In this document: piece by piece, positions 21,561 to 31,157 of the stretch
Layout of the letters: each line of letters begins with the position of its first letter
Numbering within the stretch: the first letter of the stretch is position 1
Origin: Candidatus Abyssobacteria bacterium SURF_5
GTDB taxonomy: Bacteria > Abyssobacteria > SURF-5
Assembly (NCBI GenBank): GCA_003598085.1
Contig: QZKU01000042.1
Span: 28,138 to 92,137 of the forward strand
DNA: 64,000 bases
Direction of reading: 5' to 3'
Position numbers and translations under genes: made by a program
Notes under the pieces: model-generated
The model's input: the letters and a program-made list of their open reading frames with translations, nothing else
The model's database searches: none
Told to the model about the DNA's origin: nothing

Positions 21561-22732
21561 TACCACGCCTCCGTTTCCCAGCCGCGGCGGCGGGGCGGCT
21601 TGCCTTGGAGCAGGTCGTCGAATATTTGGCTTAATTCGGCCACAGTGGGCAGTTCTCCGCATTTGCCGAAGAAATGCACTGAACTTTCGCGCGGGGCGGC
21701 TCGCTGAATTTCGCGCACCATTTGGCCGTCATAATTCAACTCGACCGACAGATATGTTGCGTTTCGCTTGAAGAGTTCGTCCGGGAACGGCCACAGCGAT
21801 ATCGGCCTGATCATGCCGATTTTCTTTCCTTGCGCGCGCGCCTTTTTCACCGCCGTCTTGACGACGCGTGAAGGCGTGCCGAAGGCCACCGCGATGATTT
21901 TGGGATCATCATCGAGGAACAGGGACTCGTGCCGCGTGATGAGATCCCGATGATTTCGTATTTTGTAAATCAGCCGATAGGCATGTTTATGCTGCGCCTC
22001 GACAGTCTCGATGTCGTATCCTTCCTCGGTCGGCGTCCAATCAGAGCAGAGCGCGCCGGTGTCCTTGCCAAGGACGACGGGCGGAATATCGATCTCGTCG
22101 GTCGGCGGATAGAACTGCGGGCCCGGATGCGCTTTTCTCTCGGCGAAACGAAGCCCCATCGCCTGCTTTTCCTCGTCGGTCTCAGGGATGCTGAGGTCTT
22201 CCCAGCCGTCGGTGATAAGCTGGTCGGCGAGAACGGTGACGGGGGTCCGGAAGCGTTCTGAGAGATAGAAGGCTTCAATAGTCAGGAAAAAAGCTTCCTG
22301 CGCGCTGTTCGGCGCGAGCACGATTGTCTCGAAGTTGCCGCCCTGCGTCACATAGCGGCTGAGGTAGAATTCTCCCTGGCCGGGAGCGCCGGTAATTCCG
22401 CTGACGGGCCCAACCCTTTGCGAGTTGAGGACGACGAGCGGGATCTCGCATCCAATCGCCCAGCCGTAGGGGTCGGCGTACAGGATGAAGCCGGGACCTG
22501 AGGTGGCGGTCATGGCTTTCATACCGCCGAGGGCCGCTCCAATCGCCATATGCATTGCGGCAGTCTCATCCTCCGTCTGCACATAGAATCCGCCGACGCG
22601 GGGCAGCAGTCCGGACATGGCTTCGGCTATCTCGGTTGCCGGAGTGATCGGGTATCCGCAGAAAACGCGGCATCCTGCCATAACTGCCGCCTGCGCCACG
22701 CCGAAGTTTCCCGTTTCCAAATAGCGTTTCAT
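21560..22732 (-). CDS. 2-oxoacid:ferredoxin oxidoreductase, alpha subunit
   Basis: 390 aa. GNFGVAQAAVMAGCRVFCGYPITPATEI is the typical alpha N-terminus. Confidence 0.9.
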   Translation of the reverse strand: MKRYLETGNFGVAQAAVMAGCRVFCGYPITPATEIAEAMSGLLPRVGGFYVQTEDETAAMHMAIGAALGGMKAMTATSGPGFILYADPYGWAIGCEIPLVVLNSQRVGPVSGITGAPGQGEFYLSRYVTQGGNFETIVLAPNSAQEAFFLTIEAFYLSERFRTPVTVLADQLITDGWEDLSIPETDEEKQAMGLRFAERKAHPGPQFYPPTDEIDIPPVVLGKDTGALCSDWTPTEEGYDIETVEAQHKHAYRLIYKIRNHRDLITRHESLFLDDDPKIIAVAFGTPSRVVKTAVKKARAQGKKIGMIRPISLWPFPDELFKRNATYLSVELNYDGQMVREIQRAAPRESSVHFFGKCGELPTVAELSQIFDDLLQGKPPRRRGWETEAW

Positions 22733-22798
22733 CCGCTCGTTCCTTCTACCTTCCGCATTATCTTGGTATTGCAGCGAGCCGTGGAATCAACAACGGCC

Positions 22799-24436
22799 TC
22801 ATTTTTTCTCGACCACTTCGATTGAAAAATCGGGGCAGGCGTAAAAGCACGCCATGCACCCGACGCACTGTTTGCTGCGCGAGGCAAACACCGGCCTGTA
22901 TCCGCGGTTATTGAATTTTTGTCCTGCTTCAAACACATTCAGGCCGCAGACTTCGATGCAGTAGCCGCATTCTTTGCATCCTTCCGTATGCACTTCAACT
23001 TCATAAAGGCGGGCATCGCAGTTTCTGCAACGGGCCGCCTCTTTCATTGCCATTTGTTTTGTCAGCCCGATTTCGATTGGGCGGAAACTGCTGGGGTGGT
23101 CGCTCAAGGGAATGCAGGGAATCGAAATGCGTTCTTGCTGTGCTGCGCCATCTTCCAGAACGACGCTCTCCTCGACCGGCGCGAGCGGCTGATCAATCTG
23201 GCCGGGTCCCCCGAGGAATTTATCAATTGATGATGCCGCTTTTCTTCCGTGGGCGATCGCCTCGATAATGGATGCCGGCCCGCTCACCAGATCGCCTCCG
23301 GCGAATAGTCCGTTCGTACCGGTGGACAAGGTATCCGGATCGACTGCAATTCGTTTCGTGTCGCGCCCGGCTTTTACTCCGATAGATTCGGCGAGATCGG
23401 GGGTTTGACCGACCGCTGCGATCACGGTGTCAACGGTCATCCTGAATTCGCTGTTAGGGACAGGAATGGGAGCAGGCCGCCCGCCGGCGTCCTTCTTTCC
23501 CAATTCCATTCGGAGCATGGACAACTCCAGCCGCGAGCTTTTTGGTTCGACGCGAACGGGGGCGGCAAGAAAGAGAAAAGTGACACCCTCGAAGACTGCG
23601 CTTGTAACTTCTTCCTGGTATGCAGTCATTTCGGCTTGCGATCTGCGGTAAACGACAAAAATTTCGCGGGCGCCGAGGCGGACTGCGCAACGGGCGGCGT
23701 CTACAGCGGTATTTCCACCTCCGATCACCGCAACCGTGCCATTCAGCGCAAGCTTCTGTGCCCGATTCACTTTTCTGAGGAAGGAGATGCCGTCGATGAC
23801 GCCTGGCAAGTCATCTCCCGGGATACCGAGCGCGGCTCCTTTTTGTGCTCCGCAAGCCAGATAGACTGCATCAAATCCCTGTTGAAAGAGTTGATCGACC
23901 GACTCGACCGGCCGGCGCGTCTCTATCACAACGCCTATCTGCCTGATCTGCTCGATTTCGGCGTCCAGAACTTCGCGGGGAAGCCGGTATTTCGGAATGC
24001 CGAAGCGCAGCATTCCACCGGGTTCCTCGAGCGCTTCGAGAACGGTCACGGCGTGGCCGAGCGTCGCGAGATAATATGCCGCCGTCAGTCCGCTCGGGCC
24101 AGATCCGACGACCGCCACTCGTTTTCCGGTTTTGGGTGCCAGTTTGAGGTTCCTGCGCCAAAGGTCTCCGCCTTTTTCGGCGGCTGCCCGCTTGAGCGCC
24201 CGGATGGCGATCGGGTCGCCGAACTGCCGGTTCGCGCATCCGGCTTCGCAGGGGCTGAAGCATGCATGGCCGCACACGGATGGAAAGGGGATGCGCTCGC
24301 GGATTACCGCCAGCGCTTCGTCGAACTTGCCCTCGCGGATGCGGCGGATATACCGCGGCACATCGATTCCGGCTGGACACGCCTCGCGGCAGCGGGTCAA
24401 GCGCAACTGCTCACGGGGCACTTCTTTTGGCTTCAT
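22799..24436 (-). CDS. GltD/NfnB-like NAD(P)H flavoprotein fused to a 2x[4Fe-4S] delta-type ferredoxin domain
   Basis: 545 aa. N-terminal Fe-S region CREACPAGIDVPRYI...CGHACFSPCEAGC. FAD/NAD folds VAVVGSGPSGLTAAYY and VAVIGGGNTAVDAA. C-terminal CRNCDA...CKECGYCIEVC...CVGCMACFYACP. It lies directly upstream of the oxidoreductase alpha/beta/gamma genes. Confidence 0.85.
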   Translation of the reverse strand: MKPKEVPREQLRLTRCREACPAGIDVPRYIRRIREGKFDEALAVIRERIPFPSVCGHACFSPCEAGCANRQFGDPIAIRALKRAAAEKGGDLWRRNLKLAPKTGKRVAVVGSGPSGLTAAYYLATLGHAVTVLEALEEPGGMLRFGIPKYRLPREVLDAEIEQIRQIGVVIETRRPVESVDQLFQQGFDAVYLACGAQKGAALGIPGDDLPGVIDGISFLRKVNRAQKLALNGTVAVIGGGNTAVDAARCAVRLGAREIFVVYRRSQAEMTAYQEEVTSAVFEGVTFLFLAAPVRVEPKSSRLELSMLRMELGKKDAGGRPAPIPVPNSEFRMTVDTVIAAVGQTPDLAESIGVKAGRDTKRIAVDPDTLSTGTNGLFAGGDLVSGPASIIEAIAHGRKAASSIDKFLGGPGQIDQPLAPVEESVVLEDGAAQQERISIPCIPLSDHPSSFRPIEIGLTKQMAMKEAARCRNCDARLYEVEVHTEGCKECGYCIEVCGLNVFEAGQKFNNRGYRPVFASRSKQCVGCMACFYACPDFSIEVVEKK

Positions 24437-24665
24437 TGAGATTCTTTCCTCCAGCGGGATTAGTTCCTATGGAGTATATAGGAAAAGAGGCCGAATTATC
24501 AAGTAATTCAGGGCATTTTGAAATATTTACATGAACGGAAAAAGAGGGGGTGAGAAATCCGGCGAGTTTCGGGGACCACGCGAGGCGCGTGGCTGTCGCT
24601 GCGCTCCAGCAACGCGAATTCCGTGATTGGAGCCAGCCCCCTTCGCCCGGACAGGCCTTGCCGGC

Positions 24666-24694
24666 TTGCATACCTAAGGGGGGTATGGTATAAT
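24666..24694 (+). promoter_or_regulatory. Sigma70-type promoter with a candidate CsoR operator in the spacer
   Basis: TTGCAT (24666-24671), a 17-nt spacer, then TATAAT (24689-24694). The spacer holds the G-tract pseudo-palindrome ATACC-TAAGGGG-GGTAT (24670-24686). It ends about 45 nt upstream of the csoR ATG. Confidence 0.5.
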
Positions 24695-24739
24695 TAAAGC
24701 AATGGGAGTATTCGGAAAACGAAATTCAGGAGAACGTAA

Positions 24740-25021
24740 ATGGCTGAGGTGGCCACCACTCACAGAGAACAAGTTGCGCGCCTGAAGAGAATCGAGGGGC
24801 AGATACGGGGGATACAGCGGATGATCGAAGAGGAGCGTTACTGCATTGATATACTGTATCAGCTCCAGGCAATTGAAGCGGCCGTAAAGGTTGTCGAGGC
24901 GAACATCCTCAAGAAGCATCTTCAGCACTGTGTTGGGGATGCCGTCCGCTCGGGTTCAGAGCGCGAGCAGGACGCCAAACTTGAGGAGATAATCAAGCTG
25001 CTGTTTCGTCTTAAGATGTAG
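24740..25021 (+). CDS. csoR: CsoR/RcnR-family metal-sensing transcriptional repressor
   Basis: 93 aa. RIEGQIRGIQRMIEEERYCIDILYQLQAI...KKHLQHC carries the C-H-C ligand signature. Confidence 0.9.
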   Translation: MAEVATTHREQVARLKRIEGQIRGIQRMIEEERYCIDILYQLQAIEAAVKVVEANILKKHLQHCVGDAVRSGSEREQDAKLEEIIKLLFRLKM

Positions 25022-25039
25022 ATTGCAGAAAGGTAAGCT

Positions 25040-25483
25040 ATGGAAGCCGAAGTTGGGAAAGTCATTGATACGCGCCCCGGCCACGCGCACGTGGAGGTCC
25101 AGCAAAGCTGCATTTGCTCGAGCTGTAAAGTTGCCTCAAGTTGTGTGCACGGAACAGGCGGCGCCAGGATCATTGAGGCCCGGGATCCGCTCGGGGTATC
25201 GGTTGATCAGCGGGTTCGCATCGAGTTGTCGAGCGGCGGGTTGATCGGCGCCTCTTTTCTCGCGTACATAGTGCCCATTATCGCCATGTTTATTGGCGTT
25301 GTGCTTGGGTACTATCTGCCGGGGGAGGAGCGCAGCGACACGTGGGCCGGTCTTGGAGCGGTAGCCGGATTGGGAGTCGGCGTGCTGGTTTCTCGCGTTT
25401 CGGCGGACTGGCTCGCCAGGCGGGGCAAGATAACGCCAACGATAACGGCCATAGTTGCAGAGGGCGACATGGAGGAGAGATAG
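25040..25483 (+). CDS. RseC/MucC-family membrane protein (SoxR-reducing-system-like)
   Basis: 147 aa. N-terminal beta region with [12 protein letters not shown], followed by two TM helices. Confidence 0.7.
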   Translation: MEAEVGKVIDTRPGHAHVEVQQSCICSSCKVASSCVHGTGGARIIEARDPLGVSVDQRVRIELSSGGLIGASFLAYIVPIIAMFIGVVLGYYLPGEERSDTWAGLGAVAGLGVGVLVSRVSADWLARRGKITPTITAIVAEGDMEER

Positions 25484-25485
25484 AG

Positions 25486-28155
25486 ATGCGAGCGAAGACA
25501 TTTGCAGTCAATGGCATGACGTGCAACCACTGTGTTCAGACAGTCACGAAAGCTTTGAAGAATGTTGCGGGTGTGGAGAGTGCGGACGTTTCGCTCGAGC
25601 GGCGATCGGCGGATGTTCGATACGACGAGAAGAAAACCGATCCGGGCGCCATTCGTCGGGCGATCATCGAGGCCGGTTATGAAACAGACGAGGATTCAGG
25701 GGAGTCGGACGAGACCGGGTCTGGAGGCGATTCGATTGCTTCACGAGATTCGCCTGCGCGAAGGAGCCGATTCAAGATATCGGGCATGACGTGCGCCAAT
25801 TGCGCGCGCACGATAGAACGAGGAGTGCAGGCGGTCGAAGGCGTTGTTTCCGCTTCGGTCAATCTGGTAGCGGAGACGCTGACGGTAGAATATGCCGATG
25901 GCGCCGTCGATGCCGAAGCCGTTAAGAAGAAAGTGGAATCGCTCGGCTACGGGGCGGCGCTGAGGGACGGCGAGGCGGAGACGCTCATATTCCGCCCGTC
26001 CGGGATGCACTGTTCGAGCTGCGCGGGCACGATCGAGAGCAGGCTCCGCCAGACTGCCGGCATCAGATCGGTGTCGGTGAATTTTGCGGCCGAGCGGGCG
26101 ACGGTGGAATTTGACTCATCTCAGATCGATAAATCGCAAATTTTCAGGGTCGTTCGCGATCTTGGCTATACGCCTGAAGAGGAGCTCGAGGAGGAGCCGG
26201 AAGACAAGCGCGATCTGTACTGGCTGTTGTACAGCATTATCCTATCGATTCCAATAGTTTCCTCGATGTACGTGAATGTTTTCGGGACGGCTGAGCCGTA
26301 TGTATTATTTGTTTTCACGACGCTGCTCCAATTCACTGCCGGATTGACTTTCTATTCGGGCGCCTATCATTCATTGAAGAACAGATTCGCCAATATGGAC
26401 GTACTTGTCGCCCTCGGAATCAGCGCGGCGTACCTCTACAGTGCGGCGGTAACCTTTTTCCCCTCGTATATGCCTTCGGCGCATCTATTTTATGAGACAT
26501 CCGCCTTACTGATCGTTTTCATCCGGTTCGGCAAAATGCTTGAGGCTCGCGCCAAGGGGCGGGCGAGCCGGGCGCTGAGGAAACTGCTCGAGCTTCAGGC
26601 GGAGCGTGCTCGTCTTCTGGTGAACGGGACGGAGCGCGAAGTCTCAGCGTCCGAGGTTACGATCGATGACGTCGTTGTGGTGCGGGCGGGCGAGAAAATT
26701 CCGGTGGACGGCGTGATTGTGGAGGGAAGTTCCAGCATTGATGAATCCATGATCAGCGGCGAGTCGGTTCCGGTGGACAAGGAACCGGGCAACGAAGTGA
26801 TCGGAGCGACGATCAATCGGACAGGTCTTCTCACGATTCGGGCGACGCGCGTCGGCAGGGATTCGGTTCTTTCGCAGATCGTACGGATGGTGGAGGAGGC
26901 CCAGAGCGACAAGGCGCCGATCCAGCGGTTCGCGGACGTTGTTTCGAACTATTTTGTGCCGGCAGTCGTGGTGACGGCGGCTGCGACGTTCATTTTGTGG
27001 CTTAGCTTCGGCTCGCCGGCGGCAATCGGGGGAGGCAGCGTTTTCATTTTCGCGCTATCGGCGGCAATAGCCGTTCTGGTTATCGCGTGTCCGTGTGCGC
27101 TTGGCCTCGCTACACCGACGGCCATCATGGTCGGAAGCGGAATCGGGCTCAATCGCGGCATCCTCTTCAAGCGGGCGTCGGTGCTGGAAAACATCTCGCG
27201 GCTGCAGACGATCGTTTTCGATAAGACCGGCACGCTCACCGAAGGCGCGCCTCGTGTGACTGATGTCGTTGCGCTCGATGGATCGCTCGATGAGAAGGGG
27301 TTGCTGGAGCTGGCGGCGGTGGCGGAGAGCAAGTCGTCGCATCCGCTGGCCCGCGCCGTAGCCGAAGAGGCAAAGAGACTTGGCCTGCATATCGAGGAGC
27401 CGTCGGCGTGTGAAGAAGCCGGCGGGAAAGGGATTATTTGCAGGCTGAATAATGGAGCCGATGCCGAGTTAATTGTAGGAAACCTGAAGCTGCTGCGCCA
27501 ATATTCCGTTGAGATGGGCCGGGGAGAGGAGGCGGCGGCCGATCTGATGGCGGACGGCAAGACGATAGTATATGTGGCTTCGGGAAGCAAGCTCAGGGGC
27601 CTTGTGGCTCTCGCCGATGCGCCGAAACAAAATGCCGCCCGCGCGCTTGACGAACTGCGCCGGCTCGGCTTGAAGACGTGCATGATCACCGGTGACAACA
27701 GAAGGGCGGCCGACGCTATTGCGCGCGATCTCGGAATAGGAGAGGTTGAGGCGGAAGTGATGCCGGGGGAAAAAATAGAGGCGATCAGGAAGTTCCAATC
27801 GAATAATCAGCGGGTCGGCATGGTTGGTGACGGCATCAATGATGCTCCGGCGCTTGCGCAAGCGGACATCGGAATCGCGATTGGATCGGGCACGGACATC
27901 GCCAAGGAGACGGGCGACGTCGTGCTGGTGAAGAGCGACCTGATGGATGTGGTTCGAGCAATCAGGTTGGGCCGGCTCACGTTGCGAAAGGTGAAGCAGA
28001 ATCTGTTCTGGGCGATGATTTACAATACGATAGGCATTCCGATTGCGGCTCTTGGTTTTCTGGAGCCGCGCTGGGCGGGTTTGGCGATGGCGCTCTCATC
28101 GGTATCGGTGGTGACAAATTCGCTACTGCTCAAGCGGTCCGGCAGGAAATTATGA
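25486..28155 (+). CDS. copA: Copper-translocating P1B-type ATPase with three N-terminal HMA domains
   Basis: HMA motifs MTCNHC, MTCANC and MHCSSC. CPC motif ACPCALG, plus DKTGTLT, TGDN and [11 protein letters not shown] 25486 follows GGAGGAGAGA. The track start 25342 is an upstream extension. Confidence 0.95.
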   Translation: MRAKTFAVNGMTCNHCVQTVTKALKNVAGVESADVSLERRSADVRYDEKKTDPGAIRRAIIEAGYETDEDSGESDETGSGGDSIASRDSPARRSRFKISGMTCANCARTIERGVQAVEGVVSASVNLVAETLTVEYADGAVDAEAVKKKVESLGYGAALRDGEAETLIFRPSGMHCSSCAGTIESRLRQTAGIRSVSVNFAAERATVEFDSSQIDKSQIFRVVRDLGYTPEEELEEEPEDKRDLYWLLYSIILSIPIVSSMYVNVFGTAEPYVLFVFTTLLQFTAGLTFYSGAYHSLKNRFANMDVLVALGISAAYLYSAAVTFFPSYMPSAHLFYETSALLIVFIRFGKMLEARAKGRASRALRKLLELQAERARLLVNGTEREVSASEVTIDDVVVVRAGEKIPVDGVIVEGSSSIDESMISGESVPVDKEPGNEVIGATINRTGLLTIRATRVGRDSVLSQIVRMVEEAQSDKAPIQRFADVVSNYFVPAVVVTAAATFILWLSFGSPAAIGGGSVFIFALSAAIAVLVIACPCALGLATPTAIMVGSGIGLNRGILFKRASVLENISRLQTIVFDKTGTLTEGAPRVTDVVALDGSLDEKGLLELAAVAESKSSHPLARAVAEEAKRLGLHIEEPSACEEAGGKGIICRLNNGADAELIVGNLKLLRQYSVEMGRGEEAAADLMADGKTIVYVASGSKLRGLVALADAPKQNAARALDELRRLGLKTCMITGDNRRAADAIARDLGIGEVEAEVMPGEKIEAIRKFQSNNQRVGMVGDGINDAPALAQADIGIAIGSGTDIAKETGDVVLVKSDLMDVVRAIRLGRLTLRKVKQNLFWAMIYNTIGIPIAALGFLEPRWAGLAMALSSVSVVTNSLLLKRSGRKL

Positions 28156-28174
28156 CGGTGATGTCGATAAGTGT

Positions 28175-28894
28175 CTATTCAGATTTCTCCTCATCCGTTG
28201 ATTTGCCCAGATCAAGCATTCCCATTTGTCCGACATACGGAGCTGAGCGCACGCGCTTCAGGCGGGTAATGCGCTGGAGCACTTCCTGAATCCTGCTGCA
28301 GCTCTTGAGAATGATCTCGATATCTTCCCCGGATAATGGAACACCCTCCTGGAGGTCGCTTTGCATATTTTCGGCGGAAAGGACGACGGCCTGAAGCGGG
28401 TTGTTGATTTCGTGGTGAAGCATGATAGCCATCTCGCCGAGCGCGGCGAGTTTTTCGGCTTCAGTGAGTTTCTCGCGGGTGGCGCTGAGCTCATCATACA
28501 GCGTCTTGGTTCGCATGGCGGAGCGGACGCGAGCCAGAAGCTCCTGTGAATCGAAGGGCTTGGTCACGTAATCGTAGGCGCCGCTTTCGAGTCCCTTCAC
28601 TTTACTCCTGAGATCGTCCATTGAGGTGACCAGGATGATGGGCACGTATTTGTTCTCGTGGATTTTCATGATCTGTCTGCACAATTCGAACCCGCTCATC
28701 TCCGGCATCACCACGTCCAGCAGGATCAGGTGAGGCTGGAATCGCCTGTCTTCGCTAAAGGCTTTTTCGGCGGTATGGGCGACTGCGACATCATATCCGC
28801 TGGCGGCAAGCTTGGTTTGCAAGAGCTCGGCGTTAATCAGGTCGTCGTCCACGACCAGGATTCTGCCTCGCTCTTTGCTTGTTCTTGCTGTCAT
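28175..28894 (-). CDS. Receiver domain fused to a DHp (HisKA) domain with the His retained, and no ATPase domain
   Basis: 239 aa. ILVVDDD ... LILLDVVMPEMSG receiver, then LHHEINNPLQAV H box, and no N/G boxes. The start overlaps the stop of the upstream propeller gene. Confidence 0.85.
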   Translation of the reverse strand: MTARTSKERGRILVVDDDLINAELLQTKLAASGYDVAVAHTAEKAFSEDRRFQPHLILLDVVMPEMSGFELCRQIMKIHENKYVPIILVTSMDDLRSKVKGLESGAYDYVTKPFDSQELLARVRSAMRTKTLYDELSATREKLTEAEKLAALGEMAIMLHHEINNPLQAVVLSAENMQSDLQEGVPLSGEDIEIILKSCSRIQEVLQRITRLKRVRSAPYVGQMGMLDLGKSTDEEKSE

Positions 28895-31125
28895 TGTGCG
28901 ATGAAAGTGATTTTGCCTGCGCCGATATTGCCGTAGTAATCGACAGCTTTCAAGACCACCGTGTGCTCTCCCTCTTCGAGTTCATCCGTTTGAAAGACAA
29001 CCGTTTCTTCCGAGGAATCGAAAATTCCGTCTTCGGGGAAGACCGGCCGCCATTCACCCGCATCGATGCTGTAATGGACAGCATTGAGGGGGCTGATACG
29101 ATCTGAGATACTGGCGGAGACGCGGTAGCGTCTTGTAGCCTTCACTTTGCCGGCGGTCAATCCTTCAACTTGAGGGGAGGTATTATCGATGGTGAAAAAG
29201 TCACTCATTCGTTCGTCCTCCAAGGCGAGAGTTTCCGGATTGGCCGGTTGATCTGAGGCGACAACTTTCACCTGATACTCGCCATCGGGAACGGTTTCAG
29301 TATCCCAATCGTACAAGCTCTCGTTGATGTCTTTTTTCAGCGGCTTCCATTTCTGCTCGCCGTCCCCTCTGAAGAACAGGCCATATCTCAGTTTGTCATT
29401 ATTCTGATCTTGAGCTTGCCATTGAATGCGGATTTTCGCATTTTTCGCGCTCGGACCGTTAACGATCTCTTCATTGTTTGATGCGGGCTTATTTTCGGCC
29501 TGGCCGGCAGATGGCGGCATTGCCGGGGGCATTGCCTTCATGGCGGCGGCCAGATCATTCGGGGCGGCGTCATTGTTATTTGGGGCTTTGCCGCCCACAG
29601 AAATCGAGTGGATTTTGGGCGGGAGGTTATTCTGGATATATGCCACTGTCACCTTGCGCAGCTCCGGTGATTCGTTTGGGTCCGACGTTTGCAGAATTGC
29701 GCGCCACTGGATGTAGCGTGCGGCCGGCGACGGAGATACGAAACTCTCTCTCGTTCCTCCATCGGGCCCCCATGCGCTCCAGGTGTCATCCGGGACCTGG
29801 CTATTTCCGCTCCGGGTTGAGAAAAGGATTCCGGTCCCGCGGGGGGTATCGGCTTCCCAGAATACTCGTCCCCATGTCGATACCGCTGTTGCGTCATGGA
29901 CTTTTGAGAAAAAAGTTCCTTTCGCGGCATAAACCCCGCTGAATTGAATTACCGCCGCATCATTTCCCAGACCGGCCGCTATCGAGCCGTCCTTTTTTTG
30001 ACGCAGCGCCAATACCTGTTTTTGGTCGGCCTTAAAAAAAGTTCCGGCCTCTCCGCCGGGTGAGACTATATATATTGTACCTTCGTCGCCCGAACCTGCC
30101 AGCAGATGTTCTCCCGCGAACGCCAGTGAAAAAATCAGCCGGTCGGGCGAAACCCAAAATTTTGAGGCGGCGCCGTTTTCGTCTATCTTATAGATTATGC
30201 AGCTTCTTTTTTTCGGAGTCGGAACTGCCGGGATTCCGGGAAGCGGGGCGGTCGGCTGGCCGTTATTGCCACCGTGCCCATTCCCGGACAAATCGATTTG
30301 GCCAAGGGCTTGTGCGGAAGACATATCGGCTGGCGCATTTTGGGGAGGTGAGACCTTTACGAAAAGGTCGCCCGGCGATGAAACCGCATAGAGGTTTCCC
30401 TGGGCATCCAGTGTCATTGCGGTGACTTCTTCAAGTTCCGTATCATGGAAGACCGCCGGTTTCCCCTTTCTATCGAATCGATAAATGATCCCATTCTGAT
30501 CGGTTCCCGCAAAGACATTTCCGCGATCGTCGCCTATGAGCGAGAGCAGACGGCGCTCACGGGAGTCGTACAGGATGCGGCCCTTTCTGTCGGGACTGAT
30601 TGCGAATAATTTCCCGTCATCGCCGGTTCCGGCCATCAAAGTTCCATCTTGTGTTTCCCAGAGCGCCCAGACAGCGGCCTGGCCGGTGTCGTAGTGTTCA
30701 GCGACTTCTCCTTTGGGATTAATCGTATAGATTTTCCCACCGGGGAATCCACCGGCGTACAGGGTCCCGTTTTTTCCCGCAAGCAGGGCAAATATTTGCT
30801 GCAATTTCAGTTGTGCGAAGGGCTCTGGCGTTCCATTGGGACTGATAAAAAAGATTCTGCCATCGCTGCCACTTCCTGCATAGAGGCGCCCTGCGGAATC
30901 TTCGGCGAGCGTCCACGCATAGCGCGCGTTCAGGTGAGCCGTTTGTGCTTTTGGGGCAAGCAGGATTCTGCCCGGCGCGATGATGGAAACGCCATCCGGC
31001 TCACCGGCGTCGAATGAGTTTTTTGTATTCTGCTCCCAAAGGGAACTGGTGACGGCCGACGCGCTGACGGCTGAGGTGATCATGAGAAAAAAGACAACTG
31101 CTCCAAGAACGGTTCGCCCTCTCAA
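28891..31125 (-). CDS. Secreted beta-propeller protein with C-terminal Ig/FN3-like domains
   Basis: 744 aa with a signal peptide. Repeated blades GSGSDGRIFFISPNG, GGFPGGKIYTINPKG, GTGDDGKLFAISPD, GTDQNGIIYRFDRKG and GSGDEGTIYIVSPGG. C-terminal beta-sandwich-like region (PDGEYQVKVVASD, HTVVLKAVDYYGN). Confidence 0.75.
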   Translation of the reverse strand: MRGRTVLGAVVFFLMITSAVSASAVTSSLWEQNTKNSFDAGEPDGVSIIAPGRILLAPKAQTAHLNARYAWTLAEDSAGRLYAGSGSDGRIFFISPNGTPEPFAQLKLQQIFALLAGKNGTLYAGGFPGGKIYTINPKGEVAEHYDTGQAAVWALWETQDGTLMAGTGDDGKLFAISPDRKGRILYDSRERRLLSLIGDDRGNVFAGTDQNGIIYRFDRKGKPAVFHDTELEEVTAMTLDAQGNLYAVSSPGDLFVKVSPPQNAPADMSSAQALGQIDLSGNGHGGNNGQPTAPLPGIPAVPTPKKRSCIIYKIDENGAASKFWVSPDRLIFSLAFAGEHLLAGSGDEGTIYIVSPGGEAGTFFKADQKQVLALRQKKDGSIAAGLGNDAAVIQFSGVYAAKGTFFSKVHDATAVSTWGRVFWEADTPRGTGILFSTRSGNSQVPDDTWSAWGPDGGTRESFVSPSPAARYIQWRAILQTSDPNESPELRKVTVAYIQNNLPPKIHSISVGGKAPNNNDAAPNDLAAAMKAMPPAMPPSAGQAENKPASNNEEIVNGPSAKNAKIRIQWQAQDQNNDKLRYGLFFRGDGEQKWKPLKKDINESLYDWDTETVPDGEYQVKVVASDQPANPETLALEDERMSDFFTIDNTSPQVEGLTAGKVKATRRYRVSASISDRISPLNAVHYSIDAGEWRPVFPEDGIFDSSEETVVFQTDELEEGEHTVVLKAVDYYGNIGAGKITFIAQ

Positions 31126-31157
31126 TTGCTTCCTCCTTACCTGAAACGGTCAGTCAT

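Noticed and set aside
23405-24439. 344-aa plus-strand ORF
   Set aside because: It is antisense to the GltD-like/ferredoxin fusion gene. I applied the same reasoning to 14784-15698, 37794-38681, 55571-56497, 57383-58246, 59567-60454, 41215-41805 and 17680-18258.
25342-25485. N-terminal 48-codon extension of the copA ORF that overlaps the rseC-like gene
   Set aside because: The extension is Arg/Gly-rich and overlaps a good gene in another frame. ATG 25486 has a strong GGAGGAGA Shine-Dalgarno and begins directly with the first HMA domain.
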